DNA from: Nitrososphaerota archaeon
GTDB taxonomy: Archaea > Thermoproteota > EX4484-205 > JAAOZP01
Length of the DNA: 64,000 nucleotides
Assembly: GCA_011605725.1 (NCBI GenBank)
Contig: JAAOZP010000017.1
Location: forward strand, 224,001-288,000
Reading direction: 5' to 3'
Numbering within the stretch: position 1 is the first letter of the stretch; each line of letters opens with the position of its first letter. Position numbers and translations under genes: made by a program. Below, in pieces: positions 25,908-36,165 of this stretch. Below the pieces are notes generated by a model, which worked only from the letters and a program-made list of their open reading frames with translations, did no database searches and was not told where the DNA came from.

Positions 25908-27578
25908 TTGGCCGGCGTCACGTCTGACACTCCTGTTTCAGAATTAAGGCAGACGGGTGTGGAGAAGGGTTTCAGTTTTTCCTCAATACTTAAGTCTCGT
26001 AGAAAGATATTGTTTCTAAGCCTCATAATCATCCTGCTTTTCTCCACCGCCGCTTATTTTATGATAGGATTTGCCACGAGGCCCAGCATGATAGGGGTTT
26101 TAGAAGTTAAGGGGGCGCTGCTCACAGAGGACCAGGCCACCCTATATTCTCGAGCCATAATGGAGGCTATGTTGAACGAAAGCATACGGGGGGTAGTGCT
26201 TAAAGTGGATTCCCCAGGCGGTTACGCCGACTTGGTTGAGCAGGTTTACCTAGGCCTTCTGGAGCTTAAAAGCAGGAAGCCGCTTGTCGCCTCAATAACA
26301 ATGGCCCTGTCGGGCGGATACTATGTTTCTGTCTCATCAGACTACATTTATGCACATCCGAGCTCAATGGTTGGGAACATCGGAGTCATAGGAGTTGGCC
26401 CCCAGATCCTAGTGCCATCGGAAACAGTTCTGGAAACCGGTGTGCACAAGGTGACTGGATACTCGAGACTACTGTTTCCCTTCAACTTGAGCCGGGCCCT
26501 CGACAATTTTGTTAACGCTGTTGAGCGTGGAAGGAGAGGAAGGCTTAGGCTTCCGCCTAACGTGCTTCGCAGGGGCTCCATATACATGGGGAGCGAGGCC
26601 TTGGAGGCTGGGCTTGTAGACGAACTGGGCACGGTTGAAAATGCTCTTAAGAGAGTTGCTCAAGAGGCGGGAATCGTTAAGTACTCCGTCGTCGACCTAG
26701 TGGAATCAGTGAAGAACAAGCTTACTATGATGAAGCCCGGAGTTGAGGAACAGGATTCCTGGGTTAACCTGACGGTGGCTAAGCTGAACGAGATTCACCC
26801 CCCGCCCTCGATCTATTATCTTTACCTACCTACTAATGCTTCACCATACTCTTCACTAACTATTACTCAAACTTTCGGCGGATGGGTTGGCGGAGAAGGC
26901 AGGGGCCTAGTTCTAGTAGACAAGTCGCACGGCAACCTAGTCTCCTACTGGGACCTAGAGGTTTTAGCAAGGGAGCTCGTGTTAAGGAACACGAGCATCT
27001 CCTTCGCAACGAGCTGGAGCTCGCTTGAATCTAAGCTTGACTCGGCTGCAGCAGTAATAATAGCTGCTCCAACAATGGAATACTCTGAGGAGCAGGTTAA
27101 GAGATTGAGGAGCTTCGTGGAGACAGGGAAGACGCTGGTGATAATGTATGACCCTGCGGAGGAATACGTTAGGATTCCGGATCTAACATGGCCGGTTAAC
27201 TCTCTCTCAACACGCTTCGGCATCTTCTTCAACAGCGGCTACCTTTATGATGAGGAGAAGTACTTCGGCATGTATAGAAACATATATGTTAAAGACTTCC
27301 TGAATCATACGCTAACCATCAATGTCTCAAGAATAGTTCTTTTCACCCCAACCAGTATTTGTTCAGCCGGCAAAGGCGTCGCCTGGACTTTTAACACCAC
27401 TTTCTCATCGGTAGCTGAACGGGCAAACAAGTATGAAGTTATTAGCGTTGTTAACCTGAACGGGGTTGTTATAGCTATCGGTGACCTAACTTTCATGCAG
27501 GAGCCGTACTGCTACGTTGAGGACAATTATAAGCTTTTGCAAAACCTGGTCTACATAATGACTTCCAGAGTGAAATAA
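25908..27578 (+). CDS. S49 (SppA-like) peptidase with N-terminal membrane anchor and extra C-terminal domain
   Basis: VDSPGG, ALSGGYY, VGNIGV and GLVDELG motifs, followed by about 230 aa beginning VLVDKSHGN (class I GATase-like/DUF4350-type domain, inference). Confidence 0.85.
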   Translation: MAGVTSDTPVSELRQTGVEKGFSFSSILKSRRKILFLSLIIILLFSTAAYFMIGFATRPSMIGVLEVKGALLTEDQATLYSRAIMEAMLNESIRGVVLKVDSPGGYADLVEQVYLGLLELKSRKPLVASITMALSGGYYVSVSSDYIYAHPSSMVGNIGVIGVGPQILVPSETVLETGVHKVTGYSRLLFPFNLSRALDNFVNAVERGRRGRLRLPPNVLRRGSIYMGSEALEAGLVDELGTVENALKRVAQEAGIVKYSVVDLVESVKNKLTMMKPGVEEQDSWVNLTVAKLNEIHPPPSIYYLYLPTNASPYSSLTITQTFGGWVGGEGRGLVLVDKSHGNLVSYWDLEVLARELVLRNTSISFATSWSSLESKLDSAAAVIIAAPTMEYSEEQVKRLRSFVETGKTLVIMYDPAEEYVRIPDLTWPVNSLSTRFGIFFNSGYLYDEEKYFGMYRNIYVKDFLNHTLTINVSRIVLFTPTSICSAGKGVAWTFNTTFSSVAERANKYEVISVVNLNGVVIAIGDLTFMQEPYCYVEDNYKLLQNLVYIMTSRVK

Positions 27579-27648
27579 GCCGCGCGCTGAAGGCGGTCAC
27601 GGAGCATGTTTAAACCCTTTTAAACGCGTACCATATTGAAGGCAAGGA

Positions 27649-28821
27649 TTATGTCACTATCTCTTCAAGCCTATCTTTTTCAGCAGCATACTTTATCTCC
27701 AGCATTGGAAGATCCATGGGGGTTTCAATCCTCTCTAAACCATATTCCTTCAGGAGACTGAGGTATTTTAACGTGAGCCTACGCATCTCAGGCGAAGTAG
27801 GCCCCACACAGGGGCAGCCGGGTATCCTTGGGCTAACGTCGAAAACATAAAAATCAAGCCTCTTCTGCTCAGGATCCTCAGCATCATACGCTATCGCGCC
27901 CTGCAGCGCGAATAGCCCTATCATTCCTGGCGGATACTCAGCCTCACATATCCTCCTGAATCTTTCCGCAGCCCTGTAGACAAGGGGTTTGAGAGATTCT
28001 CTCATCGTTAAGCCGTAGTGGCCAACCTCCTCATTCTTAATAGGCGTGTCGAGGGACATTTGGTCTCTGGCTGGAAGCCCAAGTATTCCGTGCAGGTTTG
28101 TCTGCTTCCTGTCGTCGAACCCGAGCAGGTCGAAGTCGTCGAAAACATCCTTCAAGGCCCATCCTTGGAAGTTAGCGTTAAACTTCTGACCCAGCACATA
28201 CTCCTCTATTCTGGCTTTCTCCAACCCTTCCTTGCTTATCACGTCCCTCTTAACAAGCTCCTCAGCCCTCCTGTAGTATTCCCCGGGTGAGGACGCGTAG
28301 AAGAACGCTCTTTCAAGCGGCTTCTTCTTCTGCTGAACCTTAACTATAACAAGCCTGTCAATCTCCTCAGGACTATTGAACTTCCGCGGCGTCTTTACCC
28401 CAGCTTTCTCGAGAAGCCAGTACTGATTCCTCTCCTCGTTACGCTCCTCAGCCCTCAGGATCATCCTGTTACCGTATATTGGAACAATAAGGTTGTTCTC
28501 AATATTGTCATACCCAACGTAGACGGAGAAAGACCTGTTCGGAATGAATATGGTGCTGAGGCTCCTCATCTTCTCCTGAACATCATCCCTAACAATGTCT
28601 GAAAACTTGTCAACCATTACCACGTGGTCGAAAAGATGCCTGTTATACTTCGCGTAGAGCTCCTCCCTGCCTTTCTGACATACAACGAGTGTTTTGAACC
28701 CTAAGGATTTAGCGGATATTCCCACTTCCTCCGCGGAATGCGAACCCAGTACGCCGATAGTAATATTCTTAGCATCGTATTTTGAAACAATACTCTGGAT
28801 TTCCCCTCTCTTAACCACCAT
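27649..28821 (-). CDS. PurP-family ATP-grasp ligase (paralog 2)
   Basis: GVLGSHSA, IPNRSFSVY, ERAFF, GLFALQG and DVSPRIPG motifs. Confidence 0.88.
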   Translation of the reverse strand: MVVKRGEIQSIVSKYDAKNITIGVLGSHSAEEVGISAKSLGFKTLVVCQKGREELYAKYNRHLFDHVVMVDKFSDIVRDDVQEKMRSLSTIFIPNRSFSVYVGYDNIENNLIVPIYGNRMILRAEERNEERNQYWLLEKAGVKTPRKFNSPEEIDRLVIVKVQQKKKPLERAFFYASSPGEYYRRAEELVKRDVISKEGLEKARIEEYVLGQKFNANFQGWALKDVFDDFDLLGFDDRKQTNLHGILGLPARDQMSLDTPIKNEEVGHYGLTMRESLKPLVYRAAERFRRICEAEYPPGMIGLFALQGAIAYDAEDPEQKRLDFYVFDVSPRIPGCPCVGPTSPEMRRLTLKYLSLLKEYGLERIETPMDLPMLEIKYAAEKDRLEEIVT

Positions 28822-28921
28822 TCTGCAGCACCACTATTCATACGTTGCTGCCAGCCTTAATATTTCTTCTTTTCCCCACCATATTTATCCTAAGCACGGT
28901 TCCCGCCTGGAGCTATTAGGG

Positions 28922-29461
28922 TCAGAGTTCAAGATACATTCTGATTACATCGTCATACCCCTCTCTTGTATGCGCCATTTTCGGTACGACTCCTGCTTCC
29001 CTAAACCCGATTTTCTCATATACGTGACGCGCTCTAGTATTTGTAGACAATACGTCCAGTATTAACAGTTTTAAGCCAGCTTTCCTCGCCTCCTCTATAA
29101 GAGTTTCCAACATCCTGGTTCCTATTCCCCTATCCCTATATTCTCTCGCAACAATAATCCCGAGAAGCCCCACGTGGCTTTGATGCCCTCCTAGCCTGTT
29201 TATCTCCGAGTTCCCGACAACTTTACCATTAACCTCTGCTACAACCATTATTGTTCTGCCTTTTTCTATATTCGATAAACGGCCAGCCAGCCACTCCGCC
29301 TCCTCCTCCCTCGTAATTATCCTGTCCATCGTGATGGGAGCTCCTTCTTCAACAAGCGAGTTGATAAGCTTCGTTAAGTCGTCGAGATCCTCCCATCTCG
29401 GGCTTCTCAAAACAACCTTAGAACCATTTTCCAAAAAGAATTCGCCATACACTTTTGCCAA
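28922..29461 (-). CDS. GNAT family N-acetyltransferase
   Basis: YRDRGIGTRML and NTRARHVYEKIGF motifs. Confidence 0.9.
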   Translation of the reverse strand: MAKVYGEFFLENGSKVVLRSPRWEDLDDLTKLINSLVEEGAPITMDRIITREEEAEWLAGRLSNIEKGRTIMVVAEVNGKVVGNSEINRLGGHQSHVGLLGIIVAREYRDRGIGTRMLETLIEEARKAGLKLLILDVLSTNTRARHVYEKIGFREAGVVPKMAHTREGYDDVIRMYLEL

Positions 29462-29505
29462 ACCTCTTCCCCTGCATTCTGACCCCCATGTTTTTAAACT
29501 TCACA

Positions 29506-30501
29506 TTAACCCAGTATTTCTTCCAGCCTACCCTGCTCAATAGCCTCCCGTATCTCCAGGGCTATTCTCCTGCCCGTAGTCATAGGTATGCCGTGCTTCA
29601 GATAAGCATAAGGAGAGCCCTCCATAAATACGTTAGTGCCGGCAACTATCCTGGCTGAAATCTCGAAAACGTAGAATTTCAAGTCCGGTGTGACAACAGT
29701 CTCCAGGCAGAATGGCCCGAAAATGCCTGGCTCGCAGACTTCCCTAGAGGCTTCGACAACCCTCTGCCCCATTTTGAAAACCTCCGGCAGGAGTGATTCA
29801 CGCAGGAACAGTGGGAAATTCCCGACAATAGTGTAGGTCACGTCAATGCCCTCCTGCAGGCCGGCAGGAATCCTTGATATCGCGTCAACATTCGACTCGT
29901 ACCTTCTGTCGAAACCCATCAGCTCAAGCTCCCCCCTGATTACGGAGTAGAAGTAGTGAATGTAGACTGGGATGCCTACCACATACTCCTGGATGGAATA
30001 ATCCTTTAAGCCCCCTATCTTCTGGCGGAACTCCTCGCTGCTTCTCGCCAGAAAATACCCCTGCCCGCCTTTAGCGCCTTGAAACTTAACTATGCACAGC
30101 CCATCTATCTCATCAGGATCCTCATAGACCCTAGGAAGGTTAAGCCCAGCTTTCTCCAGCCATTTCCTCTGCCTATCCCTGTCGCTCTCCCATAGGAGGA
30201 TCCTCCTGTTACCGTAATAGGGGACCCTGATCTTCTCAACAGCATCCAGGCTCATGTATGCTATTAGGGACGCGTGGGGAACTAGGATTGCGTTCTCCCT
30301 TAGGAGCTCATCCTCCGCGGTGTGGAACTCGCTGTAAGAGGGGATCTCGACAACCCTGTCAGCGACTCTGAAATGACGGTATACGGAGCAATGCTCCTTT
30401 TTGCAAACAACTATCGTCCTGAAGCCCTCGTCCTTCCCTCCCCTGAGTATCTGAAGCGCTGAATGGCTTCCAAGGGTTGCGATGGTGTATTTACTCTTCA
30501 C
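29506..30501 (-). CDS. purP: Formate-dependent AICAR formyltransferase (FAICAR synthetase)
   Basis: IATLGSHSALQI, GAKGGQGYF, DRRYESNVD, GPFCLE and FEISARIVAGTN motifs. The track starts at 30573, but GTG 30501 fits the TATA spacing. Confidence 0.9.
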   Translation of the reverse strand: MKSKYTIATLGSHSALQILRGGKDEGFRTIVVCKKEHCSVYRHFRVADRVVEIPSYSEFHTAEDELLRENAILVPHASLIAYMSLDAVEKIRVPYYGNRRILLWESDRDRQRKWLEKAGLNLPRVYEDPDEIDGLCIVKFQGAKGGQGYFLARSSEEFRQKIGGLKDYSIQEYVVGIPVYIHYFYSVIRGELELMGFDRRYESNVDAISRIPAGLQEGIDVTYTIVGNFPLFLRESLLPEVFKMGQRVVEASREVCEPGIFGPFCLETVVTPDLKFYVFEISARIVAGTNVFMEGSPYAYLKHGIPMTTGRRIALEIREAIEQGRLEEILG

Positions 30502-30774
30502 AAGCAGTTTAACGAAGCTCCCTAATTTTAAATCTTGCTTAGAAAACGAGTTGCGACGCGGGTCGGATAGCATGAATGCTTAAGCATTTTTAGAAGCTTA
30601 ACTGGCGAAGAGTCTGTAATGGTTTAGCTTTTTTCACTCCCTTTGACGCACGTATCTTCCTAATGTTTCGGAGAATCGCCCTTCACTGTTCTTTTTTCTG
30701 CATTACAGTAGATTTATAAATGAGCATTTTTCGTCTCACATAGTCTACTTAAAGGAGCACGAGAGGGATAAGCC

Positions 30775-32826
30775 ATGGAGTGGTTCCAGATAACGCCGAT
30801 AGCCGGCTTGGCTGCCGTGGGGTTGGCTGGCTACCTCTACAGGTACGTTGCGAAGGAGGAGAGCGGGACTGAAAGGATGAGGGAGATTGCGAACGCTATA
30901 AAGGAGGGTGCGAAAGCCTATCTTAAAAGACAGAATTTAACGCTGGCTGTTTTCGCACTGGTGATGGCGACTGTTCTCGGAGTGTTATACGCTTTCTCCC
31001 AGGCGAACTTTTACTATGGTTTGAGTGTTGCTGCAGCATATCTCCTCGGCTCGCTGTGCACAACCGTTGCCGCCTACGTCGGGATGATGGCTGCTGTCGA
31101 GGCGAACGTTAGAACAGCAAACGCTGCTAAACAGGGTTTGAAGAAGGCTTTTCCAGTTGCTTTCTACGGTGGTGCGGTCATGGGGCTGTTCGTCGTCGGC
31201 CTGGCTCTCCTAGGCATAAGCTTTCTCTTCTACCTTTATAACAGTGTCTTAGGCTGGAGTGCTTCAGATGCTTCGAACATTGTTCTAGGTTTCAGCTTTG
31301 GAGCCAGTGCCCTCGCGCTTTTCGCTAAGGCTGGTGGAGGAATATACACGAAGACGGCTGACATCAGCGCTGACCTCGTGGGGAAGGTTGAACTAGGGAT
31401 TCCTGAGGATGACCCTAGGAATCCAGCGGTTATCGCGGATAATGTTGGAGACAATGTTGGGGATGTTGCTGGAATGGGTGCCGACCTGGTTGACTCATAC
31501 ATAGCAAGCATTGTTGCAACCATGATCATCGGCTCAGAATTGGGTGAAAGCGTGTTGACAACGCTTCCACTGATGATAGCTGCCGTTGGGCTTTTCGCCT
31601 CGCTGATAGGTGTCCTCATAGTTAGGCAGAGCATAAGGGGGAACCCTGGTGCGGCGCTTAACAGGGGCTCGTTCGCCACATGGCTGGTCTTCGCAGTATT
31701 CCTCCTAGCCGTAACATATTTCTCAGGACTGGAGGGTAGCAGGTGGCTTGGAGTCTTCCTTCCAACAGCCGCGGGCTTAACAGCAGGAGTAATCATCGGA
31801 ATCACTTCCGACTACTTCACCTCCATAGACAGGATGCCGGCTCAGAAGGTGGCTCAGGCTTCGACAACCGGGGCTGCGATAAACATACTCACAGGCTTCT
31901 CCTACGGGATAATCAGCATAGTTCCCCCTGTAATAGGAATCTGCGCCGCTACTCTTGCAGCCTGGTACCTTGCTGAGGCCTTCGGCGTAAGCCCGTTCTA
32001 CGGGATCGCGATATCGGCTGTTGGAATGCTTGCAACAGTAGGCATGACGATTGCGGCTGACGCCTACGGGCCTGTTTCAGACAACGCGAAGGGTATTGCT
32101 GAGCAATCCGGCTTGGGCGAGGAGGTTATTGAGGTTGCCGACAGGCTTGACGCTGCAGGGAACACTACTAAAGCCATCACAAAAGGCTTCGCAATAGGTG
32201 CCGCTGCACTTACTGTTCTAGCGCTTTTCGCAGCCTATGCTCACCTGGTCGATATTGAAACACTTGACCTGATGAAGCCGGGGGTTGTCGCCGGGGTTTT
32301 CCTCGGCGGAATGATGCCGCCGCTGCTTTCAGCCCTCCTAATCCTGGCTGTAGGTAGGAATGCTGAGAGGATGGTTGAGGAGGTTAGACGCCAGTTCAAA
32401 GAGATACCCGGGTTGATGGAGGGCAAAGCGAAGCCGGACTACGCTAAATGCGTAGACATCGCTACCAGGGGCGCGATTAAAGAACTTATGCTACCGTGTT
32501 CCCTAGCGATAATAGTTCCAGTCTTAACAATGATACTTCTCGGAAAAGAGGCGCTTGCAGGCTTCCTGGCGGGAAGCATCGTTACAGGGATAATATTCGC
32601 TCTTTTCATGGCGAACGCTGGAGGACTCTGGGACAACGCTAAGAAATACATAGAGTCTGGGGCTCACGGGGGTAAGGGTTCTGAAGCCCATAAGGCTGCT
32701 GTAACCGGGGACACTGTCGGAGACCCGTTTAAAGATACCGCCGGCCCATCGTTGAACACGATGATCACAGTCATGTCGCTAGTTGCCGAGGTCTTCGCCC
32801 CACTAATACTTCTATTAGTCTCCTAG
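30775..32826 (+). CDS. hppA: Membrane H+-translocating pyrophosphatase, K+-independent type
   Basis: [32 protein letters not shown] and [10 protein letters not shown] motifs. Confidence 0.95.
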   Translation: MEWFQITPIAGLAAVGLAGYLYRYVAKEESGTERMREIANAIKEGAKAYLKRQNLTLAVFALVMATVLGVLYAFSQANFYYGLSVAAAYLLGSLCTTVAAYVGMMAAVEANVRTANAAKQGLKKAFPVAFYGGAVMGLFVVGLALLGISFLFYLYNSVLGWSASDASNIVLGFSFGASALALFAKAGGGIYTKTADISADLVGKVELGIPEDDPRNPAVIADNVGDNVGDVAGMGADLVDSYIASIVATMIIGSELGESVLTTLPLMIAAVGLFASLIGVLIVRQSIRGNPGAALNRGSFATWLVFAVFLLAVTYFSGLEGSRWLGVFLPTAAGLTAGVIIGITSDYFTSIDRMPAQKVAQASTTGAAINILTGFSYGIISIVPPVIGICAATLAAWYLAEAFGVSPFYGIAISAVGMLATVGMTIAADAYGPVSDNAKGIAEQSGLGEEVIEVADRLDAAGNTTKAITKGFAIGAAALTVLALFAAYAHLVDIETLDLMKPGVVAGVFLGGMMPPLLSALLILAVGRNAERMVEEVRRQFKEIPGLMEGKAKPDYAKCVDIATRGAIKELMLPCSLAIIVPVLTMILLGKEALAGFLAGSIVTGIIFALFMANAGGLWDNAKKYIESGAHGGKGSEAHKAAVTGDTVGDPFKDTAGPSLNTMITVMSLVAEVFAPLILLLVS

Positions 32827-33256
32827 AATCACGGATTGCTGAGAGCTTGGAGTAGGGTGCGCACGTGCTAGACGGAGAAGCTGCTCAATGCTTACTTTCG
32901 CGCTCAGCTCTTGATTCATAAACCGTTTTTCCCTCAAATCCAAATCTACAGTTGCAAGTTCGTTTATTTCTTCGACTTATTCTGCGGGTTTACGTATACT
33001 AAATGGAGTTCGAGAATTTTAGTTTTAAACTTAGTGAGATACCTGCTGGTGTTGCAAGCAGCGGGTTGAGTTGCCTTGATGAAAACCCGCTTGTATCCAT
33101 GCGATACCTACTTATTCAAAAGCTATCAATATTCCCTTCCACTCTGCAAGCCGCTGAGCTCCGTTAGAATCCTCTACTGGTTCCACGTTGTAACTGCAGC
33201 AGTTAATCTTATAAGCGGGTTTTTCTCACAATGCCGAGAACTGGAGAGGGATCAGG

Positions 33257-36085
33257 ATGTCTAGGCCTTGGCATGCTATGAGTGTCGAGGAAGTTTTAAA
33301 AGAGCTAGGCGTGGGTCGCGAGGGTTTGTCATCACAGGAGGCTTCTGAGCGTCTTAAAAAATATGGGCCTAACGAGATCAAGGAGGTGAAGCGTAGAACA
33401 GCTTTGCAAATGTTCCTAGACGAATTTAAAGATGTATTTATTATTCTACTGATAGCTGCTACGATTTTCTCCGCCATAGTTGGTTACTACGAGATGCTTC
33501 AGGGCGGTGAATTCATGGAGTCGTTTGCAGACGTTATAACGATAAGCGCTATAGTTGTTTTATGCGCAGTCACGGGTTTTGTTCAGGAGTATAGGGCTGA
33601 GAAGGCTGTTGAAGCCCTTAAGAAGCTGGCTGCTCCGAAAGCCCGGGTAATAAGGGATGGTAAAGAAATATTTATACCGGCAAGCGAAGTGGTTCCCGGA
33701 GATATTCTCGCACTTGAGGCGGGTGACCATGTTCCTGCCGACGCTCGCATCATTGAAGCCGTCGAGCTGAAGGCGAGCGAAGCAGTTTTAACCGGAGAAT
33801 CCACTCCAGTTGGGAAAGAGTTGACGGTTCTGAAGGAGGATACTCCGGTATCTGAGAGGAGGAACATGGTTTTCTCCGCGACGCATATTGTCTACGGCAG
33901 GGGGAAGGCTGTTGCGGTAGCAACAGGCATGAACACCGAGTTCGGCAAGATCGCTGAGATGGTTCAAACAGCTGAGGAGGAGGAAACACCCCTGCAGAAG
34001 AAGCTTGACAGGTTCGCCAGTAAAATAGCTAAGGTTGTAATCGCCGTCTGCGTGTTAATTTTCGCCCTTGAAGCCTTTGAAGTAGTTATGCAGATGCATT
34101 TTGAAATCGAGGGCTTTATCCAGGCCTTCATGTCCTCAATAGCCCTAGCTATTTCAGCAGTCCCGGAAGGGCTTCCGGCGATAGTCACCATAGCACTTGC
34201 CCTAGGCGCCAGGGAGTTTGCGAAGCGGAACGCTATTGTGAGACGGTTGTCTTCGGCTGAAAGCCTAGGCGCGGTGACGGTGATATGCTCAGACAAGACT
34301 GGGACAATAACCAAGGGGGAGATGACTGTCCGCCAAATATACGTTGACGGAAAGCTTGTTGAAGTAACTGGAGTAGGATACGAGCCTAAGGGAGATTTCA
34401 GGGTCGGCGATGACCTTGTTGAACCAGGGGGAAGCCTCAGCCTTCTCCTAAGAATAGGCGCGTTATGCAACAATGCCAGCTTGAGGAGGAATGATCAGAA
34501 CAATACTTGGGAGGTCTTCGGAGACCCTACGGAGGGGGCTCTAATCGTCTCAGCCGCTAAGACTGGGCTTTGGAAAGAGGCTTTGGAGAAGAGTTTTCCA
34601 AGAATCGGCGAGATCCCGTTCACCTCCGAGAGGAAACGCATGACCACCATCCATAAAACCCCGGAGGGAGAAGTCCACGCCTACATGAAGGGAGCGCCAG
34701 AAGTCGTTTTAGAAAGATGTAGCCGTATTCTTGAAGACGGTGAGGAGAAGATTTTGACAGAGGAGAGGAGGAGAATGATTCTTGAGGTTAACGAGAAACT
34801 GGCGGGGAATGCTCTGAGAGTGCTTGCAATGGCGTACAGACGCCTACCGGAAACGATGGCGGAGCATCATGATGATGAGGCTGTTGAAAGAGAGATGGTT
34901 TTCGTCGGGCTCCAAGGGATGATTGACCCTCCTAGGGAAGAGGCTATTGAGGCGAATAAGCTTTGCCAGAAAGCAGGCATAAAGACCGTTATGATAACCG
35001 GGGACCATAAGCTGACAGCAGTTGCCGTAGCTAGGGAAGTAGGGATCTATAAAGAGGGAGACTTGGTTTTAACAGGCGGGGAATTGGATAAGTTGAGCGA
35101 CGAGGAGTTTGAGAGGATTGTTGAGAAGGTGACGGTTTACGCTAGGGTTTCCCCTGAGCACAAGCTTAGGATCGTGAACGCTTTGAAGAAGAAGGGCCAC
35201 ATTGTTGCGATGACTGGTGACGGGGTTAACGACGCGCCCGCGGTTAAAGCTGCAGACGTCGGAGTAGCCATGGGGATAACTGGGACGGATGTTACTAAGG
35301 AGGCTTCAGACCTTATTCTTATGGATGACAATTTTGCTACGATCGTTAAGGCTGTTGAACAGGGCAGAGTGATATACGATAATATTCGGAAGTATGCGCG
35401 TTTCCTGTTGGCATGCAATTTCGACGAACTGCTTGTGATAGGAACGTTCGCAATACTCGGCGGAATATTCGGTGAAACAATGTTTCCACTCCCACTCCTG
35501 CCGGCGATGATACTTTGGATAAATCTTGTTACAGATGGTGCGCCAGCAGTCGCTCTAGCGACTGACCCTCCGGATGTGGATGTCATGGATAGGCCGCCCC
35601 GCAAGCCTGAGGAGGGAATAATGCATGGAATGGGAGCGTTCATCATAACATCCTTCATACTGCAAGCAACCGGAACCATTCTTGTTTTCTGCCTAGAATA
35701 CTACGTGTGGCCCTCCCACCCATGGATGCTTCCAGGCGGGATCATAGATGAGGCTGCTAGAGAACTTACCTACAGGGAGGCCACTACAACGGCTTTCGTG
35801 CAAGCGGCGATGTTCGAGCTCTTCGTCGTCTGGAACTGTCGTTCAGAGAAACACAGCGTCTGGAAAATGGGTAGGAAAGCATTCGAGAACAAGTTCTTCG
35901 TCATAGCTGATTTAGCGTCTGTAGCATTAACCCTCGGAATAACCTATATACCCATAACGCAGCAACTATTCCATCTGACAGGTCTAAGCCTAATGGACCT
36001 AGCATACGTTATAGGCGTAGCAAGCTGGGGACTCTTTATATTTCCAGAGCTATTCATGGGTAGGAAAGTCTGGAAGTGGGAGTAG
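33257..36085 (+). CDS. P-type ATPase, type IIA (Ca2+-transporting-like)
   Basis: TGES, VPEGL, DKTGT, KGAPE, TGDGVNDAP and WINLVTDG motifs. Confidence 0.93.
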   Translation: MSRPWHAMSVEEVLKELGVGREGLSSQEASERLKKYGPNEIKEVKRRTALQMFLDEFKDVFIILLIAATIFSAIVGYYEMLQGGEFMESFADVITISAIVVLCAVTGFVQEYRAEKAVEALKKLAAPKARVIRDGKEIFIPASEVVPGDILALEAGDHVPADARIIEAVELKASEAVLTGESTPVGKELTVLKEDTPVSERRNMVFSATHIVYGRGKAVAVATGMNTEFGKIAEMVQTAEEEETPLQKKLDRFASKIAKVVIAVCVLIFALEAFEVVMQMHFEIEGFIQAFMSSIALAISAVPEGLPAIVTIALALGAREFAKRNAIVRRLSSAESLGAVTVICSDKTGTITKGEMTVRQIYVDGKLVEVTGVGYEPKGDFRVGDDLVEPGGSLSLLLRIGALCNNASLRRNDQNNTWEVFGDPTEGALIVSAAKTGLWKEALEKSFPRIGEIPFTSERKRMTTIHKTPEGEVHAYMKGAPEVVLERCSRILEDGEEKILTEERRRMILEVNEKLAGNALRVLAMAYRRLPETMAEHHDDEAVEREMVFVGLQGMIDPPREEAIEANKLCQKAGIKTVMITGDHKLTAVAVAREVGIYKEGDLVLTGGELDKLSDEEFERIVEKVTVYARVSPEHKLRIVNALKKKGHIVAMTGDGVNDAPAVKAADVGVAMGITGTDVTKEASDLILMDDNFATIVKAVEQGRVIYDNIRKYARFLLACNFDELLVIGTFAILGGIFGETMFPLPLLPAMILWINLVTDGAPAVALATDPPDVDVMDRPPRKPEEGIMHGMGAFIITSFILQATGTILVFCLEYYVWPSHPWMLPGGIIDEAARELTYREATTTAFVQAAMFELFVVWNCRSEKHSVWKMGRKAFENKFFVIADLASVALTLGITYIPITQQLFHLTGLSLMDLAYVIGVASWGLFIFPELFMGRKVWKWE

Positions 36086-36136
36086 CCGAAGGCTAATACC
36101 GGTTTCATACTGTCAAGATTTATAATTAAACTGTGA

Positions 36137-36153
36137 ACCTGATCAAATCAGGT
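36137..36153. terminator. Hairpin between the convergent ATPase genes
   Basis: acctgat-caa-atcaggt inverted repeat, followed by the palindrome aggtatacct. Confidence 0.4.
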
Positions 36154-36165
36154 AGGTATACCTTC

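Noticed and set aside
33060-33091. Hairpin agcgggtt...aacccgct enclosing TTGATGA upstream of the P-type ATPase (K-turn or riboswitch?)
   Set aside because: No match to fluoride or yybP riboswitch consensus that I can verify, and no complete C/D or H/ACA layout.
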